DNA of 58,487 bases, filler included, from Dimargaris cristalligena (lineage: Eukaryota), in NCBI GenBank assembly GCA_003614675.1. It is 2 parts of 2 records of this genome, joined end to end, with 100 filler letters (N's around TTAATTAATTAA, not from the genome) between each part and the next. Parts side by side here need not be neighbours in the genome. Positions count along the whole stretch, not along the records: positions 1 to 29,200 come from ML002488.1; positions 29,301 to 58,487 come from ML002489.1. One strand, written 5' to 3'. The notes under the pieces are model-generated. The model was not told the origin of the DNA, did no database searches, and saw only the letters and a program-made list of their open reading frames with translations. The position numbers and the translations under genes are program-made. Within the stretch, counting starts at the first letter, position 1. Each line of letters begins with the position of its first letter. Positions 27,583 through 36,580 of this stretch are shown here, in pieces.

Positions 27583-28226
27583 CCTATTCGGAATCAATCC
27601 ATGAAGATAATTTTTCAGGCCTTTGGGATGATAACTCTATACCTATTAATCTATATATACCCATCTATTAAAAGTGGTGTCAATGTACTGATATTATTGG
27701 GGGGGGGACGTTGGACCGAAAACCCCCTGAATTGGTAAATGGGGGGAGGGGGTCTTTTTGGCGGAGTGGGGGGTCAAATGGGTCGTACCATTGCGTTAGT
27801 AGGAATAGTGGGTCCCACAGCCATCACTTGTCCGAAATAATGGCGTGGATATTGGCTGACTTAGGTCATTTAATCGATAAAAAGCAAGTATTCGCTTTGA
27901 GCTTTGTATGTTACCTGTGTCACATCGCTTCTTTAACTTTGTAGATACATTTTTGTAGCTAACCTTTATCCGCCTCCTCTAGTATTCCTTATCATTCCCC
28001 ACACCGCGCATCTCATCACAATTTCCTCACCAAAAAGCACCACGGCTCCTTTGTTTATCAAGTTATTGATTTGATATTGTATTTCCTCTTTTCAACTACC
28101 CACTCTGTAAGCAACATAACTGGGATAGGTGGGATAATAGCAAACCCGTATACCAGATTTAGCCAAGCAGACCACCGCCTACTGGCGGTTTAAAACGATG
28201 ACGGGCCTATACAAACAGTTGCTCAT

Positions 28227-29200
28227 TTATAGCATCAGTTTCTCTCTCTGTAAGTGCCCAATGAATTCCACGGCCGGATTCGGGTTGGGTGTAGTGAACG
28301 GTTCCGCGACCCCTTTGCCCTCAAACCCGAAGTGATGGTCCGAAAATGATAAAGCCACGTCCCCATTCGGCAGCACCTGAATCCACCGACTACCCAAATA
28401 CGACTCCGAGCACTCCTCCAGGGGTTTCACTTCTTTCCTATACGTAACGTCCCAGAAGGCCTTAAGGTACGTCGCATGGTGGCCGAGCCCATTGACCGGC
28501 AAACAATTGAGAAAGTCCTGCTGGTCCGGATGGGCAGCCTGCGTGGCGGCGGTCGGGAAATCAGGAACTAACCAACGCTGGGTGATGATACGCAGCGTGG
28601 CTTCATCCCGTTGGGTGGTGGCCAGGGTAAGCAACCAGTACATGGCCTGGCGCAGCAGGTCACTGTCGTACACGTCAAAAGGTCGACTGCCCTGGGGGTC
28701 ATTCGCCTTGCCGAAGTCCCGGGGGGATTCCGCAAGGTCCAGCAGTACGGCTAGTTCCCCGCGCCGAACTACGCCGTTGTCGTCGTCGCCATGGTGCTGC
28801 TGTTGGCGGTGGTGGTGGTAGTACAGGTGCCAGACGGCCACGGCCATGCCCTGCTGGATAACCAGCGGAGCGAGCCGTTGGAAGTGCGACTCGGCTTTTA
28901 CCGCTTTTAAAGCACCGAACTGTAGGCCGGTATGCAGGACGCCCAGGTCCACCTCAATGGGTTTACTCCGGTGCGACCGTCCACTCGCGCGGTGGTAGAT
29001 TTCGGCCAACTGGGTCAACCGGTTGGCATCCGCCGTGTAGGCCAAAGGGAAATGTCGGGCAAACTCTTCGGCGGGCATATGGGCCAGGTTAACGTTCTTC
29101 CAATTGCTCATTTGGAACATGGCGTGGTCCCGGTTCTGTTGAATGAACCGGGTGATTTCGCCGTATAGTTCCTGGGGCACTTGCGGCCACTCAGTTGGCT
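28227..29200 (-). CDS. Orphan protein, 5'-truncated by the assembly gap; F-box-like motif at the visible N-terminus
   Basis: Frame is open from the gap edge (PTEWPQVPQELYGEITRFI) to the stop at 28227, more than 320 codons, with GC-rich third positions like neighbouring real genes. No other recognisable domain. Confidence 0.7.
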
Positions 29201-29300
29201 NNNNNNNNNNNNNNNNNNNNNNNNNNNNNNNNNNNNNNNNNNNNTTAATTAATTAANNNNNNNNNNNNNNNNNNNNNNNNNNNNNNNNNNNNNNNNNNNN
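29201..29300. other. Artificial scaffold/contig linker (N44 + TTAATTAATTAA + N44)
   Basis: Exactly 100 bp and symmetric; the central 12-mer places stops in all six frames. Both flanking ORFs run open into it. Confidence 0.95.
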
Positions 29301-31567
29301 CCATCCCCGGGGCCACCCTGAACGATGGGTCGCCGATCGCCACCGTAGGGCGACGAATAGGCCGGCATCCCGGGTGCGTAAGCGTCGGGAACTTGCCCAT
29401 GGGGAGGTGGTCGTTCAGCGGCCGACGCGGAAGGCGGCATCGGGGCATTGCCAGCCCCGGGGTGTGAATAACCGCCGGGCGGGCCTGGTGGTTGTTGCCG
29501 GGGGTGGTTACGCGGGGAATGGGTGGCATGCGAAGGTGCCGAAGGTGGTGGTGGTGGTGGTGGTGGCTGTTGTAGATGTTGTGATTGTGGTGGTCCTCCG
29601 CGGCCCGGGAAATGATCGACGGTCGGTGACTGCAAGGGCCGCATTCCACCGGGGGGTTGACGGAACCCCGAAGCGGCGGATTGGTGCGGTTGGGGAGCAG
29701 CGGCTCCATGGGGATGGTAGTGTTGGGCGGGGGCACCGGGGGGTGGTCCATTGGGACCGGGGGGAGCGCCGTAGCCGGGCGGGTGACTACTGTACGGGCT
29801 GGGGGACGGACCGTGGCCCGGGTGGGAGTAGTAGTTCCGTTCAGTCGCTGGACCTCCTCCTCCTCCCTGGGGCGGGCCGTAGGGGGAGAGGGCCCCGGGG
29901 GCTTCCCGGCCGTACCCTGGGGGAGGTGGTGGTTCACGGCCATAGTTACCCGGGTGACCAGGCATGGGCGGCGGATGCCCTGCCGATAGTGGTGGTGGAC
30001 CCGGGGGCGGTTGCGGCTGATGATGCGGTGCCAGAGGTTGGGGGCGGCCGCCCACCGTTGAGGGACCAGGGCCACTGGAAACGGCGGCTGCGGTAGTAGT
30101 GCCAGCGGCAGAAACAGCGACCGCAGCGGGGGACAGGGAATCTAGACTACCGTTGGGACCCGGAACACCGTTATTCAGTCGAGGTGGCAATTGGGCCACG
30201 GCTTCGTCCTCTTGGCGCGACGGCGGGGAAGGGTTCTTGGCGGGCTGAGACTGGGTGTGGGCCACCGCGGGGTCCTGGGGATGGGGTATTTCGGAGGCCA
30301 AGTTGGCCGAATTCCCGGTGGACTGGGCGTGCTGAAGCACCCTTAGGCGCTGCTTAACCTCCTCGTTGCCGGAATCATACTCCAGGGCCCGGCTATAGGC
30401 GTTGATGGCATCGTCGACCTGGTTGTTACACGTTTCGTACAAGGTCCCCAGATTATGCCACACTTCACTTAGCTGGGAGTTGAACCGGAGGGCCCGGCTG
30501 TAGGCGTCCAGGGCATCCCGGTACTGGGAAATCTGGAAATAGAGGACCCCGATGGAGCACCAGAACTGGGCATTGTTGGAATCGCGGAAGACGGCTTGTT
30601 GGTAGCAATCGTACGCCCCGGAGTGGTTGCGCGTGAGCATGTTGCAACGGCCCAGGAGGTACCAGGACTGGCCCTCCTTGTCGTCCTTGGTGATGGCGCG
30701 ACTCAGCAGTTCTTCGGCCTGTTTGGTATCGGTGAAGGAGGTACCGGGCTGGGCGTACAGCCAACCCAGTTGCTGGAGCACTTTGATATGGTCGGGGTTG
30801 ATGGCCAGCACCTTTTCGTAGGCCTCGCGGGCCCGGCTGTAGTCCTTGGCCAGTTCGTGGACATGGCCAATCTGGAACCACAGGTCACATTTGGTCAGCG
30901 GCGGGGGTGGGTTGGCTATGACATAGTCCAGGCACTCCAGACTCTTGTCGAAGCGGGACTGGCCCTTGTACAGCATACTGAGCCGGAAGTAAATCTCGTT
31001 GGCCTTATCGAACTTGGCGTCCAGTTGCATAACGGTCGAAAAGGCCTCCTCGGCGAGGTCGTAGGAGCCGAACTGGTCGTATAAAATACCGATGCCGTAC
31101 CATAATTTAGGGTCCCGCTTGTTGGCGGTGCATTTAAACGCATTCTGATAGGCCGAATAGGCGAGGGCCAACTGGTCAGTCACGAGGTAGCAGTGGGCCA
31201 CCGCCTCCCAGACGTCGCTAAGGCCGGGTTCGAGGCTGAGGACCCGTTGGAAGAATTCGATGGCCTCGTCGTAGTTCTCGAGGGTCCGACAGATATGGGC
31301 GTACTTGGTTAGGGCTGAGACGGAGTGGGGGTAATGGGCCAGAGCCTTCTCATAGGCCTTCAGGGCCATCTCCGAGCTGCCCATTTGTTCGTGTAGATCA
31401 CCGATTTGAATCCAAATGTCCACGCGTAGCCGCATGACGTCAGGTAAGGGCGGGGTGCGTGGGTTGGCCGTAGCCGGGGCGGGCTGGGAGAGGGAGGTCT
31501 TCTCCATACCCAGAGGCATCGGGAGGCCCGGGGCCAGCGGAGGGGGCCGATGGATAGGAGTTGCCAT
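29301..31567 (-). CDS. CYC8: General corepressor Cyc8/Ssn6 (TPR repeats + Pro/Gln/Gly-rich tail), 3'-truncated at the gap
   Basis: TPR array with Ssn6 signatures DPKLWYGIGILYDQFGSYDLAEEAF, EIYFRLSMLYK, LWFQIGHVHE, GQSWYLLGRC, AYDCYQQAVFRD, FWCSIGVLYFQISQYRDALDAYSRA, EVWHNLGTLYETCNNQVDDAINAY. Intronless in the visible part. Confidence 0.95.
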
Positions 31568-34201
31568 GCGGGGGGATAAGCGACAGGGGATGGGGAGGGA
31601 ATGAGTGGAAGGCTAAGGTTCGTCGCGGAGGGGGGAGAACTGCAGGGCTGAGTAACTCGGCTAAAAACGGGGCTAGCTCGTCACCTATAATAGAACCGCA
31701 GTTGGCTGAAGGCGTGTTGCGGGGAGGGAGTAAAGTATATATAATATGGCCTCAAAGAGCTTCAAGGAGGCGAATAAGGAGGGACACTCTGGGTTCAGAC
31801 AGCAAGCAGCTCGTATCGATAAAAAGACCGAGGCCAGGCTAGAACGCTCGAGTAGGGCAACTGAGTATCTCCAAAGCAAAAAGAATTGACACGAACACGA
31901 CAAAGCGCAGGAGATGGAATGTATAATAGAGACCAAGTAAGTAGAGGGAGGGGAGGCCGACTGAGTAGGAGAGGAACTAAACCTGGGGATAGCGGTAAGT
32001 CGGAGGATTCGGTGACACCCGAAATGACGGTGGCGCATCCAGGAAATCACAGAGTGAAAAAGACCCTGATGACTGTGGGGCTCACGCAGGCGGTTACGGT
32101 AGGCGAGTTGGGGGAAAGCGGGCAGTGAGTGTGCGTGAGAGACAATTGCTTGAGTGGAGTAACTGAGTGTAATGAAGCCCAGCCAGTGCGTATATATATA
32201 TACATATTTGAATATAAATGGATAGATAGATATAGATGGAAGTTTAGAAAAAAGCTAACCTAAAATACAACAAGAAAGAGACACAAAATGGTGGCAGGCC
32301 TTGGGCTGTTTATACGGGCAGGATGCAGGGGGGACTTAGGGGCCTTTTACAAAGGCAATTAAGTCCGCCCATCCCAACTAGAATCTACGGCCATTCAATT
32401 CAATTATACTACACTTACCAGCACAATGGACGCCCCGTCAAAAGCGCTGCTAAAGTCTAATCGGCTTCTTTAATTAGCCGCCCCCATTATGCCCCCCCCC
32501 GTGGGTTCTCAAAAATGGCTGAGTTTCAGCTCCAATACTCATAGTGATCTTCATATATGAAAGCGCCTGTATATATATAAAGATATTAATGTGAATATTG
32601 GCCACCTTGGAAGTCCGTCATGAAACCCCCGCCCTTCATCCATTATTACCAGTCCCTTACACATCTTTCTTGGAAGCACTACCCCCCTCTCTTTTATGAA
32701 TCCCTCCACTCAGCCTTTCATGGCATTAGTAGTGGAACCCCCCCCTACTGATTTATATGACCTTCCCATTATATTTCACGGAAGCTGGGGCAAGCACTCG
32801 TCCACTTGGAATAGTCGAGGGTTCGCATGGGTGAAGAACCTCGATTCCATCCCCCCTCTCAGGCACTTCTTACTCCCCCGGTCGCCGGGAGAATACACAC
32901 CCCCTTGCCAACCCGAATCCAACTGATGCTTTCCAGCCCCGGCCGAACGGATGGGGAATACCTTGTGCTTCCAGTTCGAAAGTGCATGAGAGAACTGGGA
33001 AAGTAGACCAAGGGTGCGATCGTCGAGGCCTTGAAAGTCCGCGTGGATGATCTTGTGTTTCGGTTTCCTAATTAGTATCGGCCAACCAAGAATAGGGCAG
33101 TCCGGAAATTGGGCTATTTTAAAGGGCGTAATTGACGGCGATACGCAGAGATACGCTTATTGGACGTGATTGTCCCCTCCCACTAAAAGTAAGACTGGCT
33201 TACTTACCCCTCTTCTTAGACGGACACCAGATTGGCTTGATTGCCACACGGTTCGTGGAAAGAAACGGATGGGATGGAAAGAGGTGAAGCCAATCTAGCA
33301 ACGGCCCAACCAGTCAGTCGATCAGTTGAACCGCAATTGCACACCGTTAGTATCCGACTATCCGGATGAATCTTTTCCCCTCAGCATTCCACTTATTGAG
33401 CGCCAATCCAATTTATCTTTTTAATCTGGTCCACCGGAAAGTGTATTACACAGGGCTCTGCTCCTGTGGCGGTTTCAATAAAAGGCGCGAGCATTAATAG
33501 CAGTGTATTGTGGTTTGAGATGATAAGCTAGGTATCACGATAGCTGATAAACTGTGGCCACACGGTTCCCATTTTGGACCCAACTGTGCATTCCCGCTAC
33601 TCAGATACGAGGGATGTCATTTCGGGTGCCAAATGAAGACTGCGTAAGGTGGATATCAAACGAGTGAGATGACCCATCAGTGCGTACCATTTGAAACCAA
33701 TTCTATAATTAGAGTGTTTATAGCACCGTGTACATCGATTCGTCGACGGGCAAGAACCATGTCCATCCTTCATTCGGAGAACACTATAAGCCCATCCTTG
33801 TGGATAGGCGCGCCGCCCCCTAGTTCATCTACTTAGCTTGTCAACCGTGAATTTAAAAATAATGGGAAGAGCAGCCGAGGGAAACGCGGATCTCAGCTCC
33901 CCACGGGTAGGATTTAAGGCTATAGTAACCGCCCATGCCGCGATTCCCCCTGCCCACCCTCTAACCCAATATGGACTGGCCATTTTGAGATATTGAGGGT
34001 CTATGTTGTGCGGTCAGTGGAGATATCCATGGCGAGTCCCCTAAATCCTTTAGCTATGGGTTGCTTCTGGGTTTAGCATGCCATGGCGATATCTATTGGA
34101 CTACTGCTGGGGGTTGAATTCCCGTAACGGACAAACTCTACCTGAATCAGTGTGAGATGATGTTGATTAGACACGCTATGTTGACCAAACTGACTAGATT
34201 A

Positions 34202-34213
34202 AATCACGTGATT
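34202..34213. promoter_or_regulatory. Palindromic E-box (AATCACGTGATT), Cbf1/bHLH-type site upstream of EBP2
   Basis: Perfect 12-bp palindrome containing TCACGTGA, about 310 bp upstream of the EBP2 ATG. Function is inferred. Confidence 0.45.
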
Positions 34214-34525
34214 ATTTTCCATTTTTAATAGGCATTGCGTTTTATTTTTTTACCGCCCGGCAAGTCTCTCGGAATGGTCTCATACACAGTTGCTGAGGCT
34301 CCTGTTTTTCGAGCGGAATCTCGTCGGCCCTTACCATTTTTTTCTCCCTGAAACGAGCGTTACGCTTTGCATTAAACCAGGCTAAACACCACTCCATCCT
34401 TCAACGTATTGGCTATACTTGTCTCCTACTTACTCGCTTGTCTCGGAATTCCGTACACACATATTGCTATTATTTCCCTACCTCGGCCCGTCCATTCCCC
34501 CGCCAATTCCTCACTTCTATTCACC

Positions 34526-35550
34526 ATGGTCGTCAATAATGTAAGTAGCCCAAGTCCCAGTGGCCAAGTGCGGCATGGCGCGACCCGGTTCTAGTTCCAG
34601 GAGAAAAGCAAGGAATGGGTACAGTTGTCCTTGAAGCGCATTCTCTGGGTCCACCGCATATACCACCAACTTCCACCCCACCCCAACCGCTTTCCTAACC
34701 CCTTTCCGGCCGACCGTATGCTTATTGATTTTCTATTTGATTTTTCTACTCCAATGACCGCCCCTAAATTATATCCCCTTAGGGTGCGCTGAGCGCTTAC
34801 ACACGGGACCTGACCCTTGACTTTCCGTGGATCGAAACCATGGATATCGTCGCCAAAGTCGACCACAGTGGACTCGACCCCGAGGACGAACTTAAACGCG
34901 AACTAGCCTTTTACAGCCAGGCCCTCGAATGCGCCAAATTGGGACGGTCCCGATTCCAAGAGGCCGGCGCCCCGTTCAACCGTCCGGACGACTATTTCGC
35001 CGAAATGGTCAAGTCGGACGACCAGATGCTGCGTATCCGTAAGCGTCTGTTGGAGCAAACCAAGACCATTGCCGCCTCCGAAGAGGCCCGCCGACAGCGC
35101 GACCTCAAGAAATACGGTGGCAAGATCCAGGCCGAAAAACTGCTGGACCGCCAGAAGCGCAAGTCGGAGGCCCTGGATAAGATCAAGGCCCTTAAGCGGA
35201 AGCGGGGCGATGTCTCGGGCCATCCCGGTACGGAGGGGGCCGACGACATGGTCGACTACGACGATCAGTTTGATATTGCCCTTAGCGATAACGAGGACGG
35301 CGAGAGCCGCCCGGCTGCCAAGAAGGGCACTAAGGTCCGGGGTGGCAAGGCGAGTGGTTCTAGAAAAATGCCCCGGTCCAGTCGGGACGCTAAATACGGC
35401 TTCGGGGGTAAACGGCGGCACGGCAAGTCCAACACCCGGGAAAGTCTGGGTGACCTCGAGGGCAATAAACCCGGTCGCCCGGGTGCGGGTGGTAAGGGCA
35501 AAAAATCCAAACGGCCCGGCAAAATGACCCGTCGGCACTACAAGAAATAG
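34526..35550 (+). CDS. EBP2: rRNA-processing protein Ebp2; 2 exons
   Basis: Exon 1 34526-34540 (MVVNN, donor GTAAGT); exon 2 from 34783 in frame. Motifs EDELKRELAFYSQAL, PFNRPDDYFAEMVKSDDQM, RRQRDLKKYGGKIQ, RDAKYGFGGKRR, KRPGK. Confidence 0.95.
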
Positions 35551-36580
35551 CCGCCCTTCGAATGGTCTATTTAATACCGTGCGTGTATTATCGGCATGAC
35601 ATGCGACGGTGTAGAGATTCCAACGACCGGTTCTATAAAACACCCCTCCTGCGTTCGACTTTTTTTCTTTTATTTCCGGATCATCGCCCATCTGCAAAAT
35701 AACATTTACTTCATTCTATTTGGTATTGGACGAGTATTTTATATAATCCGTATTAACTGGGGGGGTTCTATATAACCACTGCCATTAGCATCCGCCTCCC
35801 CCGGTCTATTCGAAAATAAAGACATGGCGATATTCAGTCATGTTGAGTGAGTAATAGAGTATATAATATTATTATTTAGCCTTAGTTGTGGCCCCCCTTT
35901 GGCATGCCGACCACTGGTGGTGTTAATAGGATATGTGGTCTGAGTTTAGGGAACGATGAAAGAAATACCAGCACATTAAGAAAACCCTTGTTTTTATAGT
36001 TATGCATCCCGATGATTAGTTATGGGCAATCTGGTGCCACAAAGTGCGTGAGGTGTTGTACATCAATTGATTTGGCGGGCCATCTTTCAGGCACTGTTGG
36101 AGTGGCTGGCTTGTCGGCGGTTTGCTCCGATTTTCGTCAAATCGGCCGCAGTCGTCTATCTGCTATTTGGTGGGGTTTTCGGGTGGGTGGATAGAGGGTA
36201 TATGCAGTACAGAGCAGAGGATGAGGAGCGCGTGGCCCAGATTAGACGACATTGGTTGACAATCCAAGTCGCTTCCAAAGCCTTCCTTTTCTATTTGCTT
36301 TGTTAAGGCGCATTTCCATTTTCCACTTGGTGGTCACCACCACTCCCCCCTACATTACCAATAGAAGACCACTATAAAAGATTCTTACATCTTGCTTCCT
36401 ATATTAGTCTATATTATTTTATTCTATTTTATTTGCGGCTTCTTCAATTCATTTCCTCAACTTGAGTTCTACGCTTTCTCTGTAATTGCCGTTACTCCAT
36501 ACCCCCCTCCCCATTAACCCCCTCCCAGTCACACAAGCCGCACGTCCCTTTCCACGCTTTGGATTGAAGCAACCGCCCCG

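Noticed and set aside
28227..31567. CYC8 fused to the downstream orphan ORF across the gap
   Set aside because: Both are minus-strand and open at the gap, but the join is artificial and of unknown length. Two separate truncated genes is the simpler reading.
32342..32350. U5 snRNA loop-1 sequence GCCTTTTAC
   Set aside because: No U5 stem closes it as a loop; it pairs with the adjacent AAAGGC instead.
33033..33040. RNase P/MRP CR-I-like GAAAGTCC
   Set aside because: No matching CR-V/P4 partner was found at a plausible distance.
34903..35697. Long antisense or alternate-frame ORFs over EBP2 (likewise over CYC8, SET2, JmjC, PMI40, RPS31)
   Set aside because: Expected shadows of GC3-rich coding sequence; no domains.
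36067..36306. 79-aa membrane-protein-like ORF upstream of the JmjC gene
   Set aside because: TTG start in a probable promoter region, with no splice or homology support.
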